DNA of 26,076 bases, from contig WAKA01000091.1 of assembly GCA_015523565.1 (NCBI GenBank), positions 1-26,076 of the forward strand, read 5' to 3'. Origin of the DNA: Candidatus Heimdallarchaeota archaeon. GTDB taxonomy: Archaea > Asgardarchaeota > Heimdallarchaeia > Heimdallarchaeales > Kariarchaeaceae. Shown here in pieces: positions 17,055 through 26,076 of this stretch. The translations under genes were made by a program, and so were the position numbers. The notes beneath the pieces are model-generated. The model saw only the letters and a program-made list of their open reading frames with translations, was not told where the DNA came from and did no database searches. The stretch's first letter is position 1; every line of letters begins with the position of its first letter.

Positions 17055-17201
17055 TCATTTGAATTCGGTGTGACCACAGTGACCGCAGGTGTACCTGTCC
17101 TTGTGCTCTCCCATGAAATATCCCTCTCCACATTTTGGGCAGGCTTTTTTTAGTCTCTTGAGACTGTCACCTTCAACCTTGAAGTATTTTGATTCACTCA
17201 T
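17055..17201 (-). CDS. rps27ae: 30S ribosomal protein S27ae (eS31), 48 aa, no ubiquitin fusion
   Basis: Missed by the ORF track. Manual translation MSESKYFKVEGDSLKRLKKACPKCGEGYFMGEHKDRYTCGHCGHTEFK with C4 zinc ribbon; overlaps the rps24e stop; conserved position. Confidence 0.97.
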   Translation of the reverse strand: MSESKYFKVEGDSLKRLKKACPKCGEGYFMGEHKDRYTCGHCGHTEFK

Positions 17202-17493
17202 CTGCTTCATCTCCTATCAGCTTGTTCCTTTTCAGGATATGCTCATGTTCAAGTTTCTTGGCAATTTCAGGTGTCTCATAAACCCTTGCATAGGCCAATG
17301 CCTTGTTTTCACCATATCTGGTCTTGATTTCCCTAAGGACAAACTTTTCCTTATCCGTGTTCAATAATGCAGACATCCTTGCAATGACTGCCTCTCTGCT
17401 AGGTGTTGCTTCATTGGGGTATGACAATTCAGCAACGACTTCAACTCTGTCGAGCAATGGGTTGTCTTTTTGTTCTAGGATCTTTACTTCCAT
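17194..17493 (-). CDS. rps24e: 30S ribosomal protein S24e (eS24)
   Basis: NPLLDRVEV, ATPSR, YARVYET, EHEHILKRN. Confidence 0.97.
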   Translation of the reverse strand: MEVKILEQKDNPLLDRVEVVAELSYPNEATPSREAVIARMSALLNTDKEKFVLREIKTRYGENKALAYARVYETPEIAKKLEHEHILKRNKLIGDEADE

Positions 17494-17495
17494 GA

Positions 17496-18029
17496 TTAAC
17501 TCTCCATTTTCTTCATGAGATTCTCTATTAAAAATTTCTTTGATTGTGTTACTGGAATAACGACGGCTCCGACGTTGGGTTGTCCATAAACCACAATGGA
17601 ATTTTCCGGTAGTTCAACGATAAACGGAAGTGCAAGCAGATCTTCCTCTCCCTCAATAATCATGTGGATTCTGCTTTGTTCATTTAATCCCGTACAGATT
17701 TCCCTGATTTTCTGCCATGCTTCCTTGGAGATGACTGCTGCTGGTGATCTTGCATGAATGGTCTTATATCCCTCAAAAGCCAATTGGGTTTCGAGTATCT
17801 TCCTTTTTGTCTGTCCATCCGTGACAATGACATTCGGGAAGATTTTTGCATCATGAAGTGCCTTTCCTACTACATCTCCTACAGCAATGACAAACTTGAT
17901 GCCGTTTTCTTGAATGAACTTCTTGACTTTTGGTGCATTTTCTTCTGCTGTACCTTCAAAGATAATTCCTTTTGGCTTTCCCAACTCCTTGCGTAGGCTT
18001 TCGGGTAAACGTAATGTCTTGATTTCCAT
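17496..18029 (-). CDS. DUF359 family GTP-dependent dephospho-CoA kinase
   Basis: LRKELGKPKG, VGDVV, DGQTKR, GEEDLLALP, VVYGQPNVG; conserved position between spt4 and rps24e. Confidence 0.93.
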   Translation of the reverse strand: MEIKTLRLPESLRKELGKPKGIIFEGTAEENAPKVKKFIQENGIKFVIAVGDVVGKALHDAKIFPNVIVTDGQTKRKILETQLAFEGYKTIHARSPAAVISKEAWQKIREICTGLNEQSRIHMIIEGEEDLLALPFIVELPENSIVVYGQPNVGAVVIPVTQSKKFLIENLMKKMES

Positions 18030-18030
18030 T

Positions 18031-18219
18031 TTATCTTACCCTTAAAGCATATTCCCCAGGAGTATCTATTTGCAGTTTTTTCGCGATTTCAGAATGTTCT
18101 GGGTCTATTATGTAGACAATTCCTGAAAATTCATTTGTCAAGTCGGTGGAATTGCAATGGATGCACCTCGGATTATTTTTGTCATGGTTGATTGTCCTAC
18201 AACGTCTGCATGCCTTCAT
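18031..18219 (-). CDS. spt4: Transcription elongation factor Spt4 (RpoE'')
   Basis: ACRRC..CIHC zinc ribbon, FSGIVYIIDPEHSEIAKKL, PGEYALRVR. Confidence 0.97.
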   Translation of the reverse strand: MKACRRCRTINHDKNNPRCIHCNSTDLTNEFSGIVYIIDPEHSEIAKKLQIDTPGEYALRVR

Positions 18220-18286
18220 TAATGAATCTCCACTTCAAATAACGGAGAGGTTCCTTTTAAAGATTATATTGGTGCACAAAAAGTTA

Positions 18287-18631
18287 TCATTTGATCTTGA
18301 TTGTGTGTGTTTCTGCTTCTTTTGGCTTGATGACAAGTGTAAGGATACCGTTCTTCATATTTGCCTCAATTGATTCATGCGAGATTGGTTTCCTGAACAC
18401 AAATGTTCTCTTAAAGTATCTTCTGTCATTCATGCCCTTTACGGTTAGCTTGTTCTCTGTGAGTGAAACCTCAACATCCTTTTTGCCAATTCCTGGCATT
18501 TCAATTGTCAATACAATTGAGTCGTCTTTTTCGTTCTCAGTCACATGGACTTTTGGTACTCTGAGTTGGGGAGTGTATTTCTCAGCTTCCTTTGCTTTGT
18601 CTTCCTTTTTGACCATCATTGTTTCTGCCAT
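18287..18631 (-). CDS. Small heat-shock protein (Hsp20/alpha-crystallin)
   Basis: IEMPGIGKKDVEV, ANMKNGILTL, C-terminal IKI (IxI) motif; GGAGGTGA SD. Confidence 0.93.
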   Translation of the reverse strand: MAETMMVKKEDKAKEAEKYTPQLRVPKVHVTENEKDDSIVLTIEMPGIGKKDVEVSLTENKLTVKGMNDRRYFKRTFVFRKPISHESIEANMKNGILTLVIKPKEAETHTIKIK

Positions 18632-18644
18632 TTCCTCTCACCTC

Positions 18645-18992
18645 CTAATTGATTGTGATTGATTTCTCCTCAGGCATTTGGAGTTTTGCCTTGATGATGA
18701 GGAGTCCGTTTTCCATGGATGCCTCTATGCTGTCTTGATCTATGTCCTTTCCAAGATAATATCTTGCAGAGAATTCTCTGTCGTCATTCTTTGCATTGAT
18801 CACGAGATTGCTGTCAACGACTTTTATCTCGACATCGTTCTTGTCCATTCCAGGGAGTTCAACTTCCACAGTCCAAGTCTTTGTGTCTTTGTCATAGATG
18901 ACTTGGCTGTAGGGTTGCTCAAAAGATGGCTCTTCTGGAAAATCAAAATCAGCAAGCAGTTTGAAAATTTCGTTCATTGTTCTTGATAGCAT
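18645..18992 (-). CDS. Small heat-shock protein (Hsp20/alpha-crystallin)
   Basis: VELPGMDKNDVEI, ASMENGLLII, C-terminal ITI motif; GAGGTG SD. Confidence 0.93.
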   Translation of the reverse strand: MLSRTMNEIFKLLADFDFPEEPSFEQPYSQVIYDKDTKTWTVEVELPGMDKNDVEIKVVDSNLVINAKNDDREFSARYYLGKDIDQDSIEASMENGLLIIKAKLQMPEEKSITIN

Positions 18993-19025
18993 ATTTCCAC
19001 CACCTCACTATTGTACTGTATGTGT

Positions 19026-19070
19026 TATAACTAATATATCATAGTTGTATTGATTTATAAAATTTTCGCA
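19026..19070 (-). promoter_or_regulatory. BRE-TATA promoter of the hsp20 pair with an inverted repeat over the predicted start site
   Basis: Minus strand GCGAAAA-TTTTATAAA (19054-19069); TATAACTA-N8-TAGTTGTA at 19026-19049. Confidence 0.65.
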
Positions 19071-19187
19071 GAGTCTAGAAAAAGTTGCCAAAATTTTTTT
19101 GCTGGTTTTATCAGCATGGCTTACTATCCATTGATGTTCCTTTTCTTTAGAATTCATGTATTTCAGCAAAATCACGCAATACTTGTT

Positions 19188-20636
19188 TCAAAATGAAAAA
19201 TTGATGTTTACATTCTTGGTTTTTGAATAAAATTGAAGTGCAAGTTCACCTTGTTCTGCACCTATTCCGCTTTTTTTCCAGCCAATGAATGGTGTTTGTG
19301 GGAATGTCACAGGATATTCATTGACAGAAACCATGCCGCTTTCAAGTTCTCGTGCCAATAAATGGGCGGCTCTTAGGTTTGATGTCCAAACTCCGTTAAG
19401 CAGACCAAAGTCGGTGTCATTTGCAAGCCTGACTGCTTCATCAAGATCAGAAAATGTCAAAACTGTCAGGACTGGTCCGAATATCTCTTCCTTGACGACA
19501 ACGCTATTTGGGTCTACGTCTGTCAGGATTGTTGGTTGGAGGAATGCACCTTTTTGAAGCTTCTCGTCTTTTGGTGGTTCACCTCCCATAACTAATTTAG
19601 CACCTGAATCCAATCCCTTATGGACATAATTCAACACAATCTCTCTTTGTTCTTGGCTGACAAGTGACCCTATCCTGACACCTTCTTCAGTGCCAACTCC
19701 GATTTTCCACTTTGTAGCTTCTTCCTTTACAAGTTCCACAAGCTGATCTGCGATTTCCTCATGTGCAATTAGGCGTGATCCTGCCCAGCACATTTGACCT
19801 GCGTTCCAGAAAATGCCAAAACATATGCCTTTTGCCGCTCGTTTAAGATTGGCATCAGGAAGTACCACATTTGCACCTTTTCCACCCAACTCCAATGTGA
19901 CTGGAGTAATGTTCTCTGCTGCTGTTTTCATGACGGAAGCGCCAGTCTCTACACTTCCAGTCACAGAAATTCCGTCTATGAGTGGTGATTTTGCAAGATA
20001 GCTTCCTATTCTGCTACCTGATCCTGTAATGATCTGGAGTACTCCTTTTGGTACTCCTGCCTCTTCCGCGAGTTTTCCCCATCTAAGAAGTGATAATGGT
20101 GTCAGGCTTGCAGGTTTTGCTATGACGGAGCATCCTGCGGCAAGGGCGGGGGCAATGGATCTGATAGCCAGTTGCAGTGGAAAGTTCCATGGGATAATGT
20201 GCAATGTTGCACCTAGGGGCTGCCTAAGTGTAAAATCCAATCTGTTTCCTGCAACAGGGATTGTTCTGCCTTCAATCTTATCGCACCATCCTGCATAATA
20301 GTCAAGAGTTGCCGCTGCAAACCTGATATCACCCATTGCGTCACGTATTGTTTTTCCGTTGTTCTGGCTTTCAATGAGGGCAAGTTCCTTGGCATGTTCA
20401 TATGTCAATTTTGCTAATGTACGAAGCATCAGGCCTCGCTTTGAAGGATCCATTGCTTTCCAGTTCTCATCCGTCAAAACATTTTTTGCAGTCTCAATGG
20501 CAAGGTCTGCATCCTGCTCTGATGCGTATGGTACAGATGCCAAAGGTTCGCCTGTGGCTGGATTATAGAGTGTATGCTTTTCTCCTCCAGAGGCATCGCG
20601 CCATTCCCCCCCTATGTACATCTTCTCTTCTTTCAT
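19188..20636 (-). CDS. NAD(P)-dependent aldehyde dehydrogenase
   Basis: IIPWNFP, TGSVETG, TLELGGKG, NAGQMCWAG (catalytic Cys), EEIFGPV. Confidence 0.96.
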   Translation of the reverse strand: MKEEKMYIGGEWRDASGGEKHTLYNPATGEPLASVPYASEQDADLAIETAKNVLTDENWKAMDPSKRGLMLRTLAKLTYEHAKELALIESQNNGKTIRDAMGDIRFAAATLDYYAGWCDKIEGRTIPVAGNRLDFTLRQPLGATLHIIPWNFPLQLAIRSIAPALAAGCSVIAKPASLTPLSLLRWGKLAEEAGVPKGVLQIITGSGSRIGSYLAKSPLIDGISVTGSVETGASVMKTAAENITPVTLELGGKGANVVLPDANLKRAAKGICFGIFWNAGQMCWAGSRLIAHEEIADQLVELVKEEATKWKIGVGTEEGVRIGSLVSQEQREIVLNYVHKGLDSGAKLVMGGEPPKDEKLQKGAFLQPTILTDVDPNSVVVKEEIFGPVLTVLTFSDLDEAVRLANDTDFGLLNGVWTSNLRAAHLLARELESGMVSVNEYPVTFPQTPFIGWKKSGIGAEQGELALQFYSKTKNVNINFSF

Positions 20637-20721
20637 CTAACGCAACCATGGTGATAAAATGTAAAAACCTATTGAAAAAAGAAGCTTTAATTGGGAATAG
20701 GTTATCCGATTCTTTATCGAT

Positions 20722-22074
20722 TTAGTTAATTCCACAGAGGATTGCCAATTCACTGGGTGGAATGTCTATTTTATCCTTCTTTTTGGCAATTGTTTCCACA
20801 ACTCTCAGAAATGTCTCAACCTCCTCATCTGTGTTATAAATTCCAATTGAAGCTCGTATTGCACCTGGAAGTTTTACTTTTTCACCCTTGACCAATCTTT
20901 GCCTTAAGTCTGCTGCATATGATTCTTTTATGTTCAATAATCTCAGGAGATATGGGTGTGCACAAAAACATCCATTTCTGCATGCGATTCCCCCAATCTC
21001 ATCCAGCAATCGAGCACCAACGTCGTGCTCTATGCCATTAATTGTGAATGAAACAACTCCAACCCTTTGGTCTATGGGGACATTTCCGACAAGATTCACA
21101 TCATCAATTTGCTTCAGTCCTCCAATCATTTTCTTTAGAAGTTGGATTTCATGGGATCTAACATTATCCATTCCAATCCCTTCAAGGAACTTCAATGCCT
21201 CTGCCATTGCAACTGCTCCTGCAATGTTTGGTGTTCCTGGTGTCTGTCTGCTTGGTCCGTTGAGGTACAATTCATTTTCCATCGTGACGAATGCCACAGT
21301 GCCTCCTGCAGGGATGTATGGTGGTGCCTTATCAAACAGTTCTTGTGAACCAAGCAAAAATGCAGAGCCAAATGGTGCATAGAATTTGTGTCCTGCCCCT
21401 GCAATGAAGTCAAGATGTTCAGGATGATCTGCTGGTTTCATATCCAATTTCAAATGTGCGATGCGTTGGGCTGCATCCACCAATATTTTTGCTCCTGCGT
21501 CATGAGCCATGCGAGCTATCTTTTCAACAGGAGGGATGTACCCTGTCACGTTGGAACCTGCCGAAACTGCCACAAGCTTAATGTCATTTTCTTGTAATTT
21601 CTGTTCCAAGTCGTCAAGCATAAGCATCCCATTTTCATCGATATCTGCATAGATTACTTCAAATCTTCTCCGATGAGGCAGGATATTGGAATGGTGTTCA
21701 AGAACGGTTGACAATACCTTTCCAGGATATTCTGCCATTACATGGCTTGCCAAGTCAAGAGATGATGTTGTATTTGTTGTGATTATGCCTTCCAATCCTT
21801 GGTTTTGCATATCGTTTATCCCTACAAATTCTCCTATCTTGTCTTGAACATGGTCGAAAAGGTCAGAACTTATTTGGGAAAGATAGTGTTCTCCTCTATG
21901 GATATTGGCGTATTTGGTGGTATGCATATCAAAATAGGCATCAAGCACTGGTTTTGGTGCATGGGTGCTTGCCGCATGGTCAAAATAGATGAGTTTCCTT
22001 TCACTACATCTCTCTGTTGCAGGTAATTTTACCTGTGTAATGGGGAACATATCCCGTATTTTAGAAATATCCAT
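20722..22074 (-). CDS. Class-V PLP enzyme, cysteine desulfurase-like (intact)
   Basis: YFDHAAST, ANIHRG, EHHSN, SNVTG, DAAQ, GHK, GTPN, RNGCFCAHPY, IRAS. The ATG at 22074 is preferred over 22134 (TTTAAAA about 25 nt upstream). Confidence 0.92.
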   Translation of the reverse strand: MDISKIRDMFPITQVKLPATERCSERKLIYFDHAASTHAPKPVLDAYFDMHTTKYANIHRGEHYLSQISSDLFDHVQDKIGEFVGINDMQNQGLEGIITTNTTSSLDLASHVMAEYPGKVLSTVLEHHSNILPHRRRFEVIYADIDENGMLMLDDLEQKLQENDIKLVAVSAGSNVTGYIPPVEKIARMAHDAGAKILVDAAQRIAHLKLDMKPADHPEHLDFIAGAGHKFYAPFGSAFLLGSQELFDKAPPYIPAGGTVAFVTMENELYLNGPSRQTPGTPNIAGAVAMAEALKFLEGIGMDNVRSHEIQLLKKMIGGLKQIDDVNLVGNVPIDQRVGVVSFTINGIEHDVGARLLDEIGGIACRNGCFCAHPYLLRLLNIKESYAADLRQRLVKGEKVKLPGAIRASIGIYNTDEEVETFLRVVETIAKKKDKIDIPPSELAILCGIN

Positions 22075-22152
22075 GAATAAGTTCTCTTTGATCTCAATTT
22101 TAAATTTCTTGGGACAAAAGAGGTCAAATGGCAATAATTTCAGGGTAATTGC

Positions 22153-22821
22153 TCAATTAAGGTGATTTTGCAGGAAATCCTTCAGTTGTGACACACTTTT
22201 GATGGTTTCTGTTTCAGGCACCAATGATGAAACAAGGTCACCATGAACCCCCCACGTGACCCCTACAGGTAAAAGTCCCGCCCGTTGGGCGGCAAGTTGG
22301 TCATACATTGAATCTCCCACATATGGGATGCTTTTATTTGGTTTTACTTCCAGCAATTCACATGCTTTCAATAAAGGTTCTGGGTCTGGTTTGTGATTTT
22401 TGGTACTGGATTCGTCTACAATCACATCAAACAGTTGATCCAAGTTGAAATGCTTCAATTCATTTTCTACAAGATTTTTTGATTTGGATGTCACTATTGC
22501 CAATCTTACTCCTTCTTCTTTCAATTCATGCAATAGTTTCTTGATTCCTTCAACAAGTGAAAAGTCATGACATTTTGAGAGGCTGTCACTGAATTTTCTC
22601 CTGAATTCCCCAATCTGTTCCTCAGCCAGTCCAATTTCTCGCAATATTGTATCCAAATCCTTTCCAAATCTTTTTTTGATTTCCTCATTTCCAGGATATG
22701 GAATGTTCATCGCGTTGAATGATTGTTCAAATGCCTGTAACAGGCAGACATGATTATCGACAATTGTCCCGTCAAGATCGAAGATGACAATCCTTTGATC
22801 CATCAAGGCAATATTTTGCAT
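22153..22821 (-). CDS. HAD-superfamily phosphatase (PpaX/phosphoglycolate phosphatase-like)
   Basis: FDLDGT, IVTSK, KPDPEP, YVGDSMYD; the start may be the ATG at 22803. Confidence 0.92.
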   Translation of the reverse strand: MQNIALMDQRIVIFDLDGTIVDNHVCLLQAFEQSFNAMNIPYPGNEEIKKRFGKDLDTILREIGLAEEQIGEFRRKFSDSLSKCHDFSLVEGIKKLLHELKEEGVRLAIVTSKSKNLVENELKHFNLDQLFDVIVDESSTKNHKPDPEPLLKACELLEVKPNKSIPYVGDSMYDQLAAQRAGLLPVGVTWGVHGDLVSSLVPETETIKSVSQLKDFLQNHLN

Positions 22822-22852
22822 GATGTTCTTATATCATCATTTGCATTACAGG

Positions 22853-24010
22853 TCAAAGTTCAAATTTTCCTTTTCTGATCAAATCCTTTGCGATAATGAG
22901 TTTCCTTATTTCTGATGTTCCTGCCCCTATTTCCAATAGTTTTGCATCCCTTGCAAAACGTTCCACTTGGTATTCTTTCATGTATCCATAGCCACCAAGT
23001 ATCTGGATTGCATCCAATGCAATTTTTGTGGATTTTTCAGCTGCGTAATAAATTGAAGCCGCGGCAGGGACATTTGCCCTATGATCCCTTCCAATTTCTG
23101 TCAATGCCCAGTATACTAAAAGTCTGCTAGCCTGTGCCTCAACATACATATTTGCAAGTTTATCCTGTATCATCTGGAAATTTGCAATTTTCTGACCGAA
23201 TTGCTCTCTTTCAAGGGCGTATTTCAATGCGATGTCTGCCGCTCTTTGGGAAATTCCGACAGAAATTGCGGCAAGGGTTGCCCTTTCAGCTGACAATCCA
23301 GACATTACTATTTTTCGGCCTTCATTTTCCACTCCCATCAAGTTTTCTGTTGGTACTTTGACATCGTCAAAAAACAGTTCTCCTGTTTTTGATCCTCTCA
23401 TCCCCATTTTATCCATCGGTTTCCCTCTTGTTACCCCCTCACTTTCCAATTCAACAAGAAATGCACTGATGCCTTTTGCCCCCAATTCTGGTCTTGTTTT
23501 TGCATAGACTATCCCTAATTGTGCAAGTGGGGCATTTGTGATGAATGTCTTGGATCCATTAAGAATGTAGTGATCTCCTTCTCTGCGTGCTGTTGTCTCC
23601 ATTCCCAATGCATCGGAACCATGTTGTGGTTCGGTAAGGCAAAGTGCCCCTATCCATTCTCCTGAACATAATTTTGGCAGGTATTTCTTTTTTTGCTCTT
23701 CGTTGGCGTTTCTCCTTATATTGTCCAAAACAAGGTTTGAATGTGCACCTATACTAAGAGCAAATGCAGGACTCACTTTTGCAAGTTCCTCCAAAATAAT
23801 TGCTTGGACAATATAATCTGTCCCTGCCCCACCATATTCTTCTGGAACAGTCGGTCCCAAGAGTCCTAGTTCTCCCATCTGTACAAAAAGGTCATGAGGC
23901 CAATAATCCTCTTTGTCCATTTTCTCTGCCACTTTTGCAAGTTCAGTTTCTGCGAAATCTCGTATGGTCTGTTGTATGAGTTTTTGGTCTTCATTGAATG
24001 TGAAATCCAT
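22853..24010 (-). CDS. Acyl-CoA dehydrogenase, isovaleryl-CoA dehydrogenase type
   Basis: CLTEPQHGSD, GSKTFITNA, QILGGYGY; IVD signature with Glu in GLSAER and EIGAGTSEI in place of YEGT; GAHSNL. Confidence 0.9.
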   Translation of the reverse strand: MDFTFNEDQKLIQQTIRDFAETELAKVAEKMDKEDYWPHDLFVQMGELGLLGPTVPEEYGGAGTDYIVQAIILEELAKVSPAFALSIGAHSNLVLDNIRRNANEEQKKKYLPKLCSGEWIGALCLTEPQHGSDALGMETTARREGDHYILNGSKTFITNAPLAQLGIVYAKTRPELGAKGISAFLVELESEGVTRGKPMDKMGMRGSKTGELFFDDVKVPTENLMGVENEGRKIVMSGLSAERATLAAISVGISQRAADIALKYALEREQFGQKIANFQMIQDKLANMYVEAQASRLLVYWALTEIGRDHRANVPAAASIYYAAEKSTKIALDAIQILGGYGYMKEYQVERFARDAKLLEIGAGTSEIRKLIIAKDLIRKGKFEL

Positions 24011-24136
24011 GATTAATCAAATATCCATTGTCTCTCCTTTCAAAATACTTTGCTTTGTAAGTCGTTCATTTTTTGCTTTCCAACAGCCATGGTACATTTG
24101 GGCAACACAGTTAAACACATCTTAACTTTTGCAATT

Positions 24137-25063
24137 ATGTCACATAAGAAGCCTATTATTGTTGTTCATGGCGGTGCAGGGACTATCCCGGACAAATATC
24201 GTGCACAGGTAAAGATAAGCATCCGAAAAGCTGCGGAAGAGGGATGGAAAGTGTTGTTGAATGGTGGTTCTGCGTTGGACGCCGTTGAAAGGGCTGTAAT
24301 GGTTATGGAAGATGACCCAATGTTCAATGCAGGCTTTGGTTCTGTTTTGACAGATGATGGGACAATTGAAATGGATGCGATGATTGCAGACGGGAAAACC
24401 CATTCTGTTGGAGGGGTTGCTGGCGTATCCCGTATCAAGAATCCAATTCATGCATCTCGACTTGTAATGGAGGAAAGCCCCCATGTGTTGTTTATCGGTG
24501 AAGGGGCTGAGAGGTTTGTCCTTTCAAAAGGCATGAAGCTTATGGACTCTAAGGAACTTGTAAGTTCAAGATCGATGGAAAGGCTTAGAAAATACCATGA
24601 GGAAAAGAAGAATTATGGGGATTATATTAAGCCAAAAGGAGATCCAGAAAGAAGAGAAAAATATGGAACTGTTGGCGCCGTTGCCATTGATGGAAATGGC
24701 AATCTTGCCGCCGCAACGTCTACAGGCGGTGTACTTGGAAAAATGCCAGGGAGGGTCGGGGATACTCCTATTTTTGGTGCAGGAACATATGCAGACAAGG
24801 AACTCGCGTTTTCTGCAACTGGTGTTGGAGAAGTAATAATCAAGAGTGTACTGGGGATGAAAATGAAGGAAGGGCTTGTATTGGGAAAAAACGCACATGA
24901 TGCCGCGGAATATGCACTAGATTACCTAAAAAATGAAATTGGTGGCGAAGCAGGACTTATTGCAATCACCTGCAAAGGTGAACCAGTTGCCATGAAGACA
25001 ACACGTGATCTCGCATTTGCTATTCACGATGGGAAAAGGCTTGTTGATTTTACAGAGATTTAA
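24137..25063 (+). CDS. iaaA: Isoaspartyl peptidase / type-2 L-asparaginase (Ntn hydrolase)
   Basis: VHGGAG, FNAGFGS, EMDA, GTVGAVA (nucleophile Thr), ATSTGG, GRVGDTP, ATGVGE; the ATG at 24137 is preferred over 24050. Confidence 0.95.
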   Translation: MSHKKPIIVVHGGAGTIPDKYRAQVKISIRKAAEEGWKVLLNGGSALDAVERAVMVMEDDPMFNAGFGSVLTDDGTIEMDAMIADGKTHSVGGVAGVSRIKNPIHASRLVMEESPHVLFIGEGAERFVLSKGMKLMDSKELVSSRSMERLRKYHEEKKNYGDYIKPKGDPERREKYGTVGAVAIDGNGNLAAATSTGGVLGKMPGRVGDTPIFGAGTYADKELAFSATGVGEVIIKSVLGMKMKEGLVLGKNAHDAAEYALDYLKNEIGGEAGLIAITCKGEPVAMKTTRDLAFAIHDGKRLVDFTEI

Positions 25064-25102
25064 AGACAATTGACATATAATTGAGGTGTCAATACTTGTT
25101 AA

Positions 25103-26032
25103 ATGAAGATTGGATTTGATCCGACCTTTCTTGATGTGTTTGTCTATTCGCTTGATGCTAACGGCAGACTGATCCCTAAACTTCCAAATCCTGGTCACCA
25201 TGTCCGTAATTCGCTTATAAAGGAGGTTGCTGGCGGGAATGGTGTGAATGTTGCAAGAACTTTGGCAAGACTTGGTCATGATCCTGCTCTAGTTATTCCA
25301 TATGATGATTATTTTATGGAAGTGCTTTCTTTGGACCCCCATTTGAAAAATCTTGAAAGACATCGAATACATGATTGTGGTTCAAATCGAACAATTGCGG
25401 TAATATGGGGGGAAGGAGAAATCCAATTCAACCATACCTCAAATAATCTGGAAAAGAGACATTGGACACAAGATGTTCACCATTTATGGACTGAATCCTC
25501 TTTTCATGTTTTCCTTAATTGGGGGCTTAATTCAACTTCTAATGAATGGGTTACTTGCCAATTGCTTGCGTTGTCTGGGATAAAAAACAATGAACTCAAG
25601 GAACTTAGCAAAAGGGATGCTATTGAATTGGCAATGGAAGTTTCTATTGAATGTGATCATCCAATCTTGATTGATACAGGTAGGTTTGATCATCATTCTG
25701 AAAAAGAAGAACTGGTTAATCTTTTTGCAAAGCTTGCAGGTCTGGATCAATGCATTGTGCTAATGAATGAGGAGGAGGCACCAGTTCTACAAGAAATTCC
25801 GATGCAGAACTATATTCTACATACTCCTGAAAGGATAAAGGCAAAATTCAAATCTGAAACCATACATGTTGATGTTCCCCCATTAAAAGAGGCATTGAAC
25901 TTTGTAGGGGCAGGTGATGCATTTCTTGCAGGAATTATTGATGGTCTCAAGCTGGGGGTTGGTTTATCCAAAGACCTTTTGCTTAATGGGGTTAGGGTTG
26001 CACAAAAACATATTATGGATACTTTTGATTAA
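25103..26032 (+). CDS. PfkB/ribokinase-family carbohydrate kinase (divergent)
   Basis: GGNGVNVARTLARLG, MNEEEA, VGAGDAFLAG. Confidence 0.88.
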   Translation: MKIGFDPTFLDVFVYSLDANGRLIPKLPNPGHHVRNSLIKEVAGGNGVNVARTLARLGHDPALVIPYDDYFMEVLSLDPHLKNLERHRIHDCGSNRTIAVIWGEGEIQFNHTSNNLEKRHWTQDVHHLWTESSFHVFLNWGLNSTSNEWVTCQLLALSGIKNNELKELSKRDAIELAMEVSIECDHPILIDTGRFDHHSEKEELVNLFAKLAGLDQCIVLMNEEEAPVLQEIPMQNYILHTPERIKAKFKSETIHVDVPPLKEALNFVGAGDAFLAGIIDGLKLGVGLSKDLLLNGVRVAQKHIMDTFD

Positions 26033-26076
26033 CATTTCGTATTTGATTTGTCGTTGATGAAATACTAACCCAATAT

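Noticed and set aside
17055-17201. Ubiquitin-eS31 fusion as in eukaryotes
   Set aside because: The ATG overlaps the rps24e stop, leaving no room for a ubiquitin domain.
25070-25081. TTGACA and TATAAT as a bacterial sigma70 promoter
   Set aside because: The two hexamers are directly adjacent rather than about 17 nt apart, and the context is archaeal.
1209-25750. Numerous 60-190 aa antisense or alternate-frame ORFs in the track (e.g. 1410-1979, 1825-2301, 15951-16424, 20888-21382)
   Set aside because: Shadows of well-supported genes; no recognisable motifs.

Overview
Archaeal chromosomal window. Markers are aIF5B, Spt4/RpoE'', DUF359, eS24, stand-alone eS31, tRNA-Arg(GCG) without encoded CCA, and BRE/TATA promoters with many apparently leaderless genes. 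An Asgard-like lineage is plausible but only inferred. Most of the window is housekeeping and amino-acid/acyl-CoA catabolism: an ILVBL-type ThDP enzyme, citrate synthase, ornithine aminotransferase, aldehyde dehydrogenase, isovaleryl-CoA dehydrogenase, isoaspartyl peptidase and a PfkB kinase. There are two accessory-looking segments. The first is an AT-rich left edge with a PRTase gene and a truncated downstream ORF, possibly a DprA-PRTase-type defence pair. The second is a tRNA-adjacent block with a MacB/FtsX-type ABC transporter, a TetR regulator and a Uma2-like protein carrying 42-bp tandem repeats. The most unusual signal is two adjacent, intact, apparently catalytically dead enzymes at 13395-15518: a SufS-like protein missing its PLP-binding residues but keeping the persulfide Cys, and a metallo-beta-lactamase-like protein without metal ligands. 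No CRISPR array, rRNA, transposase or integrase was seen. All family calls are by motif recognition; no searches were run.
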